A stretch of 64,000 nt of DNA from positions 333,911 through 397,910 of the forward strand of contig RQSC01000027.1 of the NCBI GenBank assembly GCA_013416795.1, read 5' to 3'. The number at the start of each line of letters is the position of its first letter. Position 1 is the first letter of the stretch. Made by a program: the position numbers and the translations under genes. This document shows positions 24,501 through 34,617 of this stretch, one piece after another. The notes beneath the pieces are model-generated. The model made no database searches, had not been told where the DNA came from, and saw nothing but the letters and a program-made list of their open reading frames with translations. Source of the stretch: Prasinococcaceae sp. CCMP 1430 (Eukaryota; Plantae; Prasinodermophyta).

Positions 24501-24616
24501 AACCGCTGCATTTCCGCGAGGTGGCCGAGGCTGCTGTGCTGATGGGCACGAGACCCGCGGACCTCGGCCTCGAGGCGGACGCAGCCACGAGCTTCGCGGC
24601 AAAATTCATGGGCTGA
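21533..24616 (+). CDS. TPR repeats plus two PRMT modules (PRMT9/PRMT7-like); first module degenerate, second intact
   Basis: TPR: KAAGNAAFKTKDY...LFANRSA...WPKGYYRLG. Module 2: WHFDMLMDDQRN, VLDVGAGTGILSMMAAKAG, EVFDSGLIGE, TWQQAV. No introns. Confidence 0.88.
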   Translation: MGTVDAATRALIEQETGLRTEDLSKGELAFMAERSKAAGNAAFKTKDYRMAIKMYCQAIAADETDATLFANRSATYLAVDRAHDALVDAAKAVELDRAWPKGYYRLGMALAALERWAQAAQTFEHGLELAPDSADLEAKAAHAREKAGALARAKKVEVDAARRNLVLKLRDARREDRVAYMRWQFSQGLASPEHEPEDYEWRPTFLPSMKLRPPSERALRRNERHLRGMRNFVSMLGELDQPKSALRLCQDPVRLSAFDRACGAAIARANARLATAAGETEGGEVGIAKGAPGVHILVVEEGTGLLPIAAALHMGAAGTRGRVSVVCRSKTLMRMARQCASSNAALLARAAPGVELCFVSTGLAFLACEGEGIPQPTEADRDRLCTYIHEHDRRRDEQEGKATLPSPADLLLMDNFGFELLGQRALPVLDFARKFLLAKGAEVVPRRVVVKARVVELRITEVCGMDVSFINQYRWYPGHERVADLAATNYSFLSQEFVAFTIDLNTRAPSELSMADWEFDETVLVDIDTDGTSNGVLWWFELDLGESGAPGVVRADADPAGRQAGGGESCDDSSEGSYSSNDTLVLSSGPGSGCSSSIGQAIMYWDETPVRTGETLAVRVRQSEHHINFATVPAPTRPRHAHIPRWHFDMLMDDQRNECYMKAIKSAIESKRAFGYKDKELFVLDVGAGTGILSMMAAKAGADKVGAIEQTVHMADVGEEAIVMNGYFREVTMINKNSRYMKAEPYQDGRRPDIERRADMLIYEVFDSGLIGEGALHAVGYAFRNLLNEDATICPVGATVYAQAIEMRLEDVVLSGQQVDVRQLNRYRWRADYEGYELGKMRDKWRPLSEPEAVFAFDFYEWQQNMQPIERKLDLEITESGVVTAIAFWFELELDEDTLLSTSPYADEKGPTWQQAVQYIEELAMCEGSTLPLVAKHDTYSITFEVHDDSDDIDRIEMRTGVPLYDPVWHVAYNRLKEVNSETARKCAEQPLHFREVAEAAVLMGTRPADLGLEADAATSFAAKFMG

Positions 24617-24757
24617 GTTCGTGCGCGTAATGCAGTACAGGTACATTTATGTCACACTGGTACTAGTACTAGTACTAGTATTGTACAGCCTCCTTCACAG
24701 CGCCGCGGGACCCAAGCACGGTAGCGTGTGCATTCAAGTACGCGAACGCACGAGCGA

Positions 24758-27700
24758 TCAGTCGAACGACAAGGCCGCACCGCGGCTCCAAGTGGCACTC
24801 TCTGCGAGCGAGTCCGCGATAGCGTTAGCGGCTGCCACCTGATCCTCGGCCACTTTGGTAGCGATTGCGACGAGGTCCGACTCCCAGGTGGGCGGCAGCA
24901 CGCTGCTCCCGACAATGCGAGCCTCGCTCACAAGCGCCGCCGCGAGCGCATCGGCGTCCCGTCCGAGCTTGTCGACTACGTCATTCAGGTGAGCAGTGAC
25001 AGCCTCGGCACACTCGCACAAGGCCGCACGCACACTCGCATCGGCGTCAGCTCCATCACGCGCGTTGAGCGTGCGTCTCGCCTGCCTGAGCAGAACTGCC
25101 GCCCACCTCGCACCATCATTTGCCAGCCAGCCAGCGCGTTCGAGCGCTCCGCATGTGTACACAGTAGCATGCTCTCTGAGCGCCGTCTCGACACCAGCGG
25201 CCGCGACAGCCACCGCCGTTGTCAGTTTGGAGAGCTTCTCGATGGCATCGCTTTCGCCCGCGGCGACGGCGGCCCAAGCGTTCGCTGCAGCACAGGTCAC
25301 CGCTCCAGCCTCGCGGCGTACTTCAATTCGCCAGCAACACGTGGGCGCGAAGGGAAGGGGGGGGAAGGGGCACGAATCGTCGGTGTGCGAGCGCGTGTCA
25401 GGAAAGTTTTGAATGGCAGGGCATAGCGTCATCTCACTAAGTGCAACCACACCGGCGTGTGGGCGGCACAACATCAGAGAGACTCCCAAAGTCGTATGGT
25501 CGTCATGGTTCTTCGGATGTCCATATCTACTAAAATATAAGACAATCATCACACGTGCCACGCATGTCGCAATCGTGTGCGCCGAGCGCAAGTGACGTAC
25601 ATTGATTCCCACTGCCGCCAGCGGCGATGTCTGCGGCGCGAGCATGGGACTCCGCGAGAGCGAGCGCCTGCGGCGCGCTCGCGGGCGCTGCAGCCGCTGC
25701 GCGCGCCACGAGCGCCAGGAGGCGCTTCTGCTCCACACGGCTACGCCAGGCCGCCTCCTCGCGCGCGGGCAGATCGTTCTGCCGTCCGCCTAGCCCTTCC
25801 ACAGCACCTGCGCCACACAGTGCGCACGCGCCAGGTAGAGGATCCCAGAAGGGCCGCAGGCACATGTCTTCATTCGCACGCAGCGTGTCGAGGCCCGAGG
25901 CTGCGACGGCAATGTCCTGCTCGGTTGCGTCGCCGTCCACGCCAGCGCCTGCGGGGGCAGCCTCAACGCCGGCAGTCACACAGGCGACAAGCGCCTCCTC
26001 GAGCGCCTTGTCCGCGCGCACGTCCGCCAGCTGGTGGCTCGCGGCCAGGCGCTGTTTGAAGGCCACCATCTCGGACGCCTTGGAGAATGCTTTGCTGCGC
26101 AGTGCAAGGACGTACATGTCGCCCGCGTCGCCGCTTTCGTGGTCATCATGGAGCTTCTCAACCGCACGGCGCATGCTGCGCGCGACGGCACGCGAGCCCA
26201 GCGTGTCGAGTGCAGGCAGCAGATGGTGCGAGAGCGTGTCCATTTGGATGTTCTTGAGGTCGAGGGGTTTGGCATGCGCGTGCGCGCGCGTCGGGCAGCC
26301 AAGCGCTAGGTATGCCGACATGAGAGCGAACCGCATGTCCGCATGGTGCGACGAGCGCGCACAGCCACGCTCAAGTACAGCTATCGCCAGCAGCACCGTG
26401 CCCTCGCGCGCTGGCGAGGTCATCTTTCCGGCCGCGCTGAAGAGAGCGTTTGCCGCGCTCACGAGTAGGCCGTCCGCTGGAATGTGTTCGCGCGCGTCGA
26501 CGTCCGCCTCCTTCACCACTGCTGCGGCATATTCGCCGCACAGCCTCGCTGCGACACTCGCGGCCTCGCTCGCGTCCAAATCGCGGTGCGCGCCGCAGTC
26601 CAATGCAATTGCGTACGCCGAGCACAATTTGCGCTGCCTCTTGTGCTCGGCTCCACCGCCCTCCTCGGCACCGCCCTTCTCGGCGAGTTCAAGCACGCGC
26701 CTCGCGAGCTCATCGGTGGCAGCAGCGTGGCCGCCCTCGCGGAGAGCGCGCGAATAGGCGCAGAGGTCGACAGCAGCGCTTGCCAGGTGCCCGTGCGCTT
26801 CGACAAACGCTACCATCGTGTCAACGAGCGCCGTGGGCGCGTCTGGATCGGCGCCACCGCGCAGCCGGCGCAGCGCGAGCTCGCAACGCGCCAGCCTTGG
26901 CCCGCGCAGCTTCTCCCCGTTCGGAATCGCAGCAGCAGTCACACTGAGCCCCTCCACCATCTCCTCGCACGATTCCAGCGCTTTGCTGAAGTCCGCCGCC
27001 CCGAAAGCCAGCGTGGCGTCCATGAATCCCACGATCGCCAGCCAGTCGTCGGGGTTGGCATCGAGCAGCGCACGATGCTGTCGAGCGGCGGCCTCTCTGT
27101 CCCCCTTCGCCGCCCTCAGCTCGGCAATCGCTCTCCGGCGATCGGCCTCGAGCGTGATAAGTTTGCCGGCGTCACCCTCGAGCAGATCGGCGGCCTCGGC
27201 GTGCTTGCCCTGCTCCGCGAGCACTTCGACGAACACGAGCAGCGCCTCAGCCGTCTCGAGGCCAGAGTCGGCGAGGCGCTTGCGCAGCATCATCTCAGCG
27301 AGCGTGAGGAGCTTTTCGGGTGCGACCGCCCCCGCCGTACTCCTCCCCCCCGCACCCTCGTCGCGCAAGCCGTGCCGCGCTTGCAGCAGCATCGCGACGG
27401 TGGCCCACAAGAGGTACGGCTCCTCGGCGTCGGACCGGTACAGCTTCATCGCCATCTGCTGCTGCTTGAGGAAGGCGAAGTCCCTGCAGTGCGCGTCGAA
27501 GGTGATGTCGAGCAGGCCCTCGTTGCCCGGCTCCCTAGAGAGGGCCGCCTCGTACATCCTTGCCAGCCTGCCGCCTCCGATGCGCCCCTCCCGCAGCGCT
27601 GCCGCGAGCGGCGCAAGCACGCGCTCGTCGCAGTGCGCGTACCGCATCACCGAGTCGACCGCCTCTGTGGCTTCGGCGCCCATGCCGGCGCGCACGAGCG

Positions 27701-27875
27701 CGACGGCGCGTAGCGCCTGCAGCGTCGCCACTGGCACTGTCGCCTCGTCGCCCTCACACTTCGCCAGCGCCGCTGCGGCGAGCCGCGCAGCACCTCGGTC
27801 GTCTCGCCGGTCGAGCGACGCGTACACGGGCTCGAGTAGCTGCTCGAGCAGCCGCTCGTCGCGCGCGGCGGCCTT
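24758..27875 (-). CDS. NAA25: NatB N-acetyltransferase auxiliary subunit NAA25/MDM20; probable intron 25600-25321; no ATG at the expected start
   Basis: LLEPVYASLD...LRAVALVRAG, EPGNEGLL...FLKQQQMAMKLY...YLLWA, PDDW, LDLKNIQMDTLSHHL. Confidence 0.88.
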
Positions 27876-28527
27876 TGCCCCCTCGCCTCCTGCGGCCCTT
27901 CTTGGGCACCTCCCACCCGTCCGCCACCTCTTCTTCGGTGAGCAATGGCTCGGGCTTGGGTTTGGGCTCGCGCTCGCGCCCTGCGGCGGCTCCCTCGTCG
28001 TCGCCCTCCTTCCCCTTGCCGCCTGCTGCACTGCGCCCGGCGTCCCCGTCATCGCCGTCTTTGGCTGTGAGACCCTGCATGCTCTTCGCGAGCGCGTCGA
28101 CCGCGCGCTTGGCCTTTCCTGCACTAGAAATCTTCGCCGCCAGCTTGAGGTTGCCGTCGCAGCACGCGGTGTGCAGCTTGCAGAGCTTGGCGGCGAGCTG
28201 CCGGCACGAGCCGTCGGCAATGTCGGCGTCGAACGACTCATACATACCAAAGAGGAGCAGCTCATCGAGCTCGTGCATAAACTTGACCGCGCGCCCGCCG
28301 CGCCTGACGAACCACTCGTGCACGTCCTCCTCAAGCTCGCACGCCTTGGCCTCCGAGTCCGGGCCGCCCCACTCATCCGTGAGCGCCATTTGGAGGGCGG
28401 TCCAGCTTCCCATCAGGTCGGCCACGCCCGCACGGAACGCGGCCTCCAGGGCCTCCAGGTCGTGCGTCTCGCCGGTAGCGGCGGCGCCGGCGCCGGCAGC
28501 GCCGCCGCTGCTACCCTGCGATGCCAT
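27754..28527 (-). CDS. TSR2: Pre-rRNA-processing protein TSR2 (eS26 escortin); frame continues past the usual C-terminus into NAA25
   Basis: FRAGVADLMGSWTALQMAL..EWGG.DS..KA, ELDELL...FDADIADGSC..LA..L, acidic tail DGWEVPKKGRR. Confidence 0.9.
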   Translation of the reverse strand: MASQGSSGGAAGAGAAATGETHDLEALEAAFRAGVADLMGSWTALQMALTDEWGGPDSEAKACELEEDVHEWFVRRGGRAVKFMHELDELLLFGMYESFDADIADGSCRQLAAKLCKLHTACCDGNLKLAAKISSAGKAKRAVDALAKSMQGLTAKDGDDGDAGRSAAGGKGKEGDDEGAAAGREREPKPKPEPLLTEEEVADGWEVPKKGRRRRGGKGRRARRAAARAATRARVRVARPARRPRCCAARRSGAGEV

Positions 28528-29174
28528 CGCGCTGGGCGCACACACTCACCACGCGCTCGCTGCGCCCCCGGAGGGTGGTGCAGACGCAGACGCACAAATT
28601 GTATTCCGCCGTTTTCGTTCTATCTTCAGGATCCCATTCTCATGACAGTACAAAACGCCGGAAAGAGCTCCCGAAATGGCACAATTGTTGCGCGCGGGGC
28701 GGGCTGCCGCGATAGAGTGATCGGTGGGCGGGCCAGCCGGGGGAGGTGGCGCGCGCGCGCGCCCGACCCCGGTTTGATCCGGGTATGACCGGGTGCAGAG
28801 CTCCCGCAGACCCGGATGATCAATCGATCCATCCGGCGCAAAGGGGGGGATGGAACGTCGGGGATGGCGCCTTTTTTTGCCACACCCTCAACTCGTTTGG
28901 CGGAGCTGAAATTTTCTTACTCTGTCATTTTTGACATTGTTTCGCAAGTAGTGCGCGTGGTGCACGCGCCGTGAAATGCGGGCGGAAAGAAGGGGCGGTC
29001 ACTCGGCGTGCGCGCGGGAGCGGCACACCCTCGCGCCTGTGCGCCCCCCACCCTCCACCTCACCCCTTCCTCCCGCCGCTCGAGCGGGCGCCTCGCACGA
29101 CCTCCCCCCCCCCCCCCTCGTACCCTCGACGAGCTCGCACCTCGACGCGCGGCAAAAAGGGGACTGGTGGGAAA

Positions 29175-29591
29175 ATGTCGGCGCTCGCGCGCGCGCTGCG
29201 GCGCGCAGCGGCGCCCGCGGCGGACGGCGCAGTACACACGCCGGTGCACGCCAGGCGCAAGCGCGCGTCGGGCGCCGCTCGACCCGTGCGGGTGAGGCAG
29301 GCAGGAGGCCGGCCCCTGACCCGACGACCTCAACGCACGGCTCGGCGCCGCGCGGGGCGTCTCGCCAATCGAAACCCGACACACACCGAGCGCGCGTCCT
29401 CGGCGCGGGGCAGAGCGCGGCCGCGAAAGCCCAGCTTTACATCCGGCTCCCTTGGATGTGGAGCGATGGGGCGCAGGCCTCCTACTCATACCGTCCGTAC
29501 GCAGGCGCGGGCTGGGTGCTGCCGTGGCGCGAACGCTCTCGGTCAGGGTCTACGCTGAGCAGAATCCGAGATGCTCGGAGATGGGGGAATT
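29175..29591 (+). CDS. Putative orphan gene with a mitochondrial-like presequence; exon 1 29175-29291, exon 2 from 29414; 3' end unresolved
   Basis: AAAATGTCG start, MSALARALRRAAAP; phase-0 GTGAGG...GGCAG intron joins in frame to SAAAKAQLYIRLPWMWSDG. Confidence 0.4.
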
Positions 29592-30100
29592 GGTGCGTCG
29601 GCGGGCGCCATCAATCGGTCGCGGAACAAACCCTTACATTGTTTGGGTTCGCACGAGCGCCAGCAGCGCGCGGCGGCTGGGGCGGCGGCTGGCGGCTGGC
29701 CCGCGAACTGCGAGCCGCGGCGGCCGGAAGCAGTGGCGCGGGGGGAGGGGAGGGCGGGCGGCGGGGAGGGAGACGGTCGACGCCAGACCTCGCGCGCCAC
29801 CCGGAGCGTCCCAGCGCCGGGAGGACCCTGAGCGATGGCCCCCGCGGGCCGTGGGGCGGCGGCGCGAGGCGGACGAGGTGGGGCTGCCGACGGAGGAGTC
29901 CGTGCTGGTCGGTGCGGAGGCCGGGCGGCCCGCGGCCCCACCCAAAGTGGACGCCCGCCGCGCGCGGGAGGAGGACAGAGCGCGCGCGCCTGCGCCGCAC
30001 GCGGCCGTGTCGCCGGGTGACGACATCTTGCTTCCCGAGGGGCGGGCGCACGCGCAGCAACCCTGCGCGCCGCCCCGCATGAGGAAGAAATTCCGCTTAG

Positions 30101-32236
30101 TACCCGACGGCGCGCGGCCGCGCGCCGCCAGCCGCAAGGGCGAAGGACGGGCCAGCGCCGGCACGCAAGGCGGGGAAGCCGGTACGCCGCGCGCAGCCCA
30201 GCGAGAGCGAGAGCGAGAGCGAGAGCGAGAGCGGGGAGGAGCTCGACGGTGAGGAGAGCGATGACTACGAAAGCGGCAGTGACGAGGATGCAGAGGTTGG
30301 CGGCACTTCGGAGAGCGACGGCAGCGACGCCGCAGCCGACAGCGACAGCGGCAGCGACGAGGAGGAGCTCGTCGGCGAGGAATTCGACATGGACGGCATG
30401 AGCGACGGCTCCGAGAGCGACGGTGCCGCGGAGGACGACGATTTCCTGGGGCTTGGTGGGAGTGACGACGAGGATGCTGCCGACGAGGGCCTCGGCGGCG
30501 CCTTCGAGCGGCGTGCGAAGAAGGCCAGCGAGCGCGCTGAGCGAGAGGCGGCCGAGGCCGAGGCCGAGGCGCTCGAGACCAACCTGCAGGCCTCGGAGCG
30601 GTTCACGCTGCCTAGCGGCCAGGAGGTCGAAGCCGAGGGCCAGGCCGCGCCCGACATGGCCTTCGTGCAGCAGCGCATCCGTGAAGTCATCCGCGTGCTG
30701 CAGAATTTTCGCGAGCTGCGCGAGGACGGCGTGCCGCGCGCCAAGTACATGGAACGGCTGCGCGCGGACCTGATGCAGTACTACGGATACAACGCTTTCA
30801 TGCTTGATACGGTGCTGAACATGTTCTCGCCCGCCGAGGCTGTGGAGTTCCTCGAGGCCTGCGAGGTGCCGCGCCCCGTGACGCTACGCACCAACACGAT
30901 CAAGGCAAAGCGGCGCGAGCTGGCCCAGGCGCTCATCAACCGCGGCGTGAACCTCGATCCCATCGGGCCGTGGTCCAAGGTGGGACTGGTCGTGTACGAG
31001 TCGCAGGTCCCGCTGGGCGCCACGCCAGAGTACATGGCGGGCCACTACATGCTGCAGAGCGCCGCATCCTTCCTGCCTTGCATGGCACTCGCGCCACAGG
31101 AGGGGGAGAAAGTCATGGACATGGCAGCGGCGCCCGGCGGCAAGACGGCCTACCTTGCGGCGCTCATGCGCAACACGGGCAGCATCATGGCCAACGAGCT
31201 CAAGGTGGCGCGCTTGAAGTCGCTCACAGCCAACCTGCATCGCCTGGGTGTCTTCAACACAGTGGTATGCAACTACGACGGCAAGCAGCTACCCAAGGTC
31301 GTTGGGGAGAACTCCCAGGATCGCGTGCTGCTCGACGCTCCGTGCTCAGGCTCGGGCGTGGCCGGCAAGGACGCCAACGTGAAGACGTCTAAGGAGCAGT
31401 CCGACATATACAAGTGCGCACACCTGCAGAAAGAGCTGCTGCTGGCCGCAATCGACTCAGTCAACGCCAACTCCAAGACTGGCGGCTACGTGGTGTACTC
31501 GACGTGCTCCATCATGGTGGAGGAAAATGAGAGCGTGGTCAACTACGCGCTGCGCAAGCGCGACGTCAAGCTGGTGCCGACCGGCTTGGACTTCGGGCGC
31601 GAGGGCTTCGTCAACTATCGGGACTTCAGGTTCTCGCCGTCCACGAAGAACACGCGCCGAATCTTTCCGCACGTGCACAACATGGAGGGCTTCTTCGTGG
31701 CCAAGCTGAAGAAGATCTCAAACAGGAAGCAGGCGGTTGGGCTGGCGGTGAACCGGGACGAGGAAGCGGACGAGGAGGACGACGATGGTAATGACAGCGA
31801 CGGCAGCGATGGCAGCGACGGCGAGGGGGTGAGCATGGGGGAGGAGAGCGAGGACGAGAGCGACGAGGAGGAGCTCCCGCCACCGAAGGCCAAGAAGGGC
31901 AAGCGCAAGGCAGAGGACTTGGATGTGGCGGTCGCGGGGGGCAAGAAGCCCAAGGGGGCCAAGGCGACGGCGAGCGGCGACAAGGCGCCCGTGCCCAAGC
32001 AAAAAAAGGTGCTCAAGGCACCGGAGGAGTACAACCCGGACAGCATTGCTGGGCTGAAGAAGATGCTGGCGGCCAAGGCGCGGCAGGTGCTGGCGAAACA
32101 AGAGGCGGAGGCGCCCAGCAAGAGAGATAAGAAGGTGGGGGCAAAGTCCGCCAAGAAGGGGGAGCCGAAGTCCGCCAAGAAGGGCGCCAAGCCGTCCGAT
32201 GGCAAGAAGCGCAAGAAGTCGCTCGTGAGCAAGTGA
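30101..32236 (+). CDS. NOP2: 25S rRNA m5C methyltransferase NOP2/NSUN1; first exon or start unresolved upstream
   Basis: EACEVPRPVTLRTNT, GATPEYMAGHYMLQ, DMAAAPGGKT, DRVLLDAPCSG, VVYSTCS, PHVHNMEGFFVAK; acidic N-terminus and Lys-rich C-terminus. Confidence 0.95.
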   Translation, partial: YPTARGRAPPAARAKDGPAPARKAGKPVRRAQPSESESESESESGEELDGEESDDYESGSDEDAEVGGTSESDGSDAAADSDSGSDEEELVGEEFDMDGMSDGSESDGAAEDDDFLGLGGSDDEDAADEGLGGAFERRAKKASERAEREAAEAEAEALETNLQASERFTLPSGQEVEAEGQAAPDMAFVQQRIREVIRVLQNFRELREDGVPRAKYMERLRADLMQYYGYNAFMLDTVLNMFSPAEAVEFLEACEVPRPVTLRTNTIKAKRRELAQALINRGVNLDPIGPWSKVGLVVYESQVPLGATPEYMAGHYMLQSAASFLPCMALAPQEGEKVMDMAAAPGGKTAYLAALMRNTGSIMANELKVARLKSLTANLHRLGVFNTVVCNYDGKQLPKVVGENSQDRVLLDAPCSGSGVAGKDANVKTSKEQSDIYKCAHLQKELLLAAIDSVNANSKTGGYVVYSTCSIMVEENESVVNYALRKRDVKLVPTGLDFGREGFVNYRDFRFSPSTKNTRRIFPHVHNMEGFFVAKLKKISNRKQAVGLAVNRDEEADEEDDDGNDSDGSDGSDGEGVSMGEESEDESDEEELPPPKAKKGKRKAEDLDVAVAGGKKPKGAKATASGDKAPVPKQKKVLKAPEEYNPDSIAGLKKMLAAKARQVLAKQEAEAPSKRDKKVGAKSAKKGEPKSAKKGAKPSDGKKRKKSLVSK

Positions 32237-32505
32237 CGCCTGTGTCTTGTGCTGCGCGCTCCCACATGTAAATTGGTTCCCAGACAGCTAGGTGCTCGGC
32301 GGTCGCTAGGCGCGCTGGTCGCGGGTCGGCGGTCGCCGACAGCGCGGCGATGGTGCACCCTCTGGAGTGGTTCAAGAGCCGATCTCTCGGCTCGAGTATG
32401 TTATTTGTGCGCGCGCGACGCAGGGGCGCTGCGCTCCCCACGTCGGCACGCTGAATAAGTTCCCCAGCTGCTGCAGCACGGCGGCGCGTGATCGAGGCCA
32501 CGTAC

Positions 32506-33701
32506 TTACGCCGACGAGGTGCCCGACGCGAGCTTCGCCTTCTGCTTGCGGGTGAGCTTCACCACGGCCTTCTCCTCCGCCGCCTTGGCCACCGGCTCGG
32601 CCTTCGACTGCAGGATCATGTTTACGTGGCAGGGGCTGCTCTGGTAGGGGTTGATGCGACCGTGCGCGCGGTAGGTCCTGCGGCGCTGGTGCATCGCCTG
32701 CTGGACCTGGATGTGCGCAACGTACAGCATGTCCGTGTCAAGGCCCTTGGTCTGTCGTGCGATCGAAGCCAGATGGGGTGGGTGCGAGGGGGTCAGCACA
32801 GTGCCGTATTCGGATGGCGGTTGGCGATCTATGGAGCAAGGTCTGCCCCGACCCGCGACGGCCGCAAGCCTGCGCCGCCGCAAGCCGACAGCCGTGCGTG
32901 CTGACACGGGCACGGGTCGGTGGGTAGTAGGCTCCAGCCGCGCGCGTGCGCTCTCGCCGCCGGGCGCAGGTTCGAGGGCAGCAGGGCGGGCGGGCTGGCG
33001 GGCGCACGGGCGGCGCGTGATCACGGCCACCGCTGCTCACTCGCGCCAGGGCCGCTATCCACATGCCCGCCCGCCCGACGCGAGCAGCGCGCGGCCCGCC
33101 GCGCCCCGCACACGCGTTCTGTCGCAAGCGAAATGATATGCGGGGCCGCCCTCCTCTTCCCGCGGCCACCGCGCGCGCGCGCGCGCGCCCGGCGGCCAGG
33201 GGAGGTCCCCGCGTCGGCGTCGACGCAGCCCGGTGGGCGCGCCGCGCGTCGCGCCCCCTCCCCTCCCGCGCGGGCCGTGTCGGCGGCGGCCCCTTTCCCC
33301 CCGCGCGCGCGCGCGGCTTAGGGCTGCAGGAAATCTCGCGCGCCGAAAAGGAGTCCGGGCGTCTGCGCGCGGGCGCGGGCGCGCACCTCGGCGTTGCTCT
33401 CGGCGTTCTTGAGCATGTCGAGGAGGAACTTGCACGACTTCACGGGCCAGCGGCCCTGGCCGTTGGTGCTGCCCTCCGCCTTGGCCTGCGCGGTGCGGCC
33501 CACGCCGCCGCAGAAGCGGCGGAAGACAATGCAGCGCTTGCGCTCGATGACGGCGTTGAGGTACGACTTGGCGTCGTTGAGCGACTTGCCGCGGATGGCC
33601 ATGGCGGTCTCGCGCGTGTTCTTGAAGTGCACGCGGATGTCCGAGGCCTTGGCCTTGCAGGACTTGACGCCGGCCTCCGGCGCCACGGAGTACTTCACCA
33701 T
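32506..33701 (-). CDS. RPL17: 60S ribosomal protein L17 (uL22); exons 33701-33387 and 32751-32506
   Basis: MVKYS...[14 protein letters not shown]...[21 protein letters not shown]|TKGLDTD...[20 protein letters not shown]. Confidence 0.97.
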
Positions 33702-34093
33702 CTTGCCGAGCGGGGGGCAGCAGGCGACGCGCGCTGTGGCGCGCGCCCCTCGCCCACGCGCGCCCGCGCGTGCGACAGCGGCCGGCCGCCAGCCGCCGCT
33801 CGACCAGCCGCCGCCGCCGCGCCGCCTGCGTTCTGATGTACGCCGCCACACTCCGCGCTTTCGGATCCCGCGGTTTCGCCACGGCGCGCCGTCGGACGCG
33901 CATGTTCGGTCTCCGCAGGTGGCGGGAGATACATTCCCACACCCTCATGCGCCCGTCCCCGTTCGCGCGCGCCGCAGCGTAAAAAGAATCGCGGAATGAA
34001 GTTTCGTCGGCGGTTTGAGCGCCGGAATCGGAATTCGGCGGAAGGCTGCCGGTAGCCGGCGCGCGGCCGATGATCTGGGGCGCGGCGCAACGA

Positions 34094-34106
34094 ATGCTTT
34101 TTGATG
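34094..34106. promoter_or_regulatory. Second copy of 13-mer ATGCTTTTTGATG, upstream of RPL17
   Basis: Exact match to 14396-14408; partial third copy at 34121. Confidence 0.35.
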
Positions 34107-34404
34107 GTATGGCATGATGAATGCTTTTTTATATTGAGCCCCGCGGCGGGTGCGATCTGATGAGCGGGGGGGGGGGCGAGCCCAGGCCGTGCGCGGCGAG
34201 CGCGCGCGCACGCGCTCGCAGCGCGGCGGCGAGGAAAAAAAAAAAACGCACGCGGTGAGATCAGAGCGCGGGAAAAAGCAACAAAAAAAAAATAGGAGGG
34301 TGAGACCAATACCAGGCACCTGTGCGATTTGATATGCTTTTAATACCCTATATTCTCGGGGAGACTTTGTGGAAGGACGAAGTCGTTGTATCAGGTTGCG
34401 GTTC

Positions 34405-34416
34405 AACCCTAAACCC
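34405..34416. promoter_or_regulatory. Telo-box-like motif AACCCTAAACCC upstream of RPL17
   Basis: Plant telomere-type repeat; telo-boxes are known in plant translation-gene promoters; about 700 bp from the ATG. Confidence 0.3.
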
Positions 34417-34617
34417 GTTTGGGGTCGCGCGAGGACGCCGCGAGCGAGGAGGCTGTGGGCGCGCGCAACGACGTGCTCGCTAGCTAGCGCCACTCTCGGC
34501 ATGGTATGCTGCAGTACTACTGTACAGGTATTAACAAAGTCAGGCATTTGGCGGGGGCGGCGGCGAAAGGGGGCGATCCTCGCGCGCACGCCCGCGGCCA
34601 CCGGCCCACGGCCCGCG

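Noticed and set aside
24661-24680. Perfect palindrome TACTAGTACTAGTACTAGTA between convergent PRMT and NAA25
   Set aside because: A simple hexamer microsatellite that is palindromic by construction; no evidence of function.
32752-33386. Long RPL17 intron as a possible snoRNA host
   Set aside because: No C box on the sense strand and no convincing H/ACA structure seen.
34113-34160. ATGATGA...CTGA pair resembling a C/D box snoRNA
   Set aside because: Only about 47 nt, no clear terminal stem, and no rRNA guide that I can verify.
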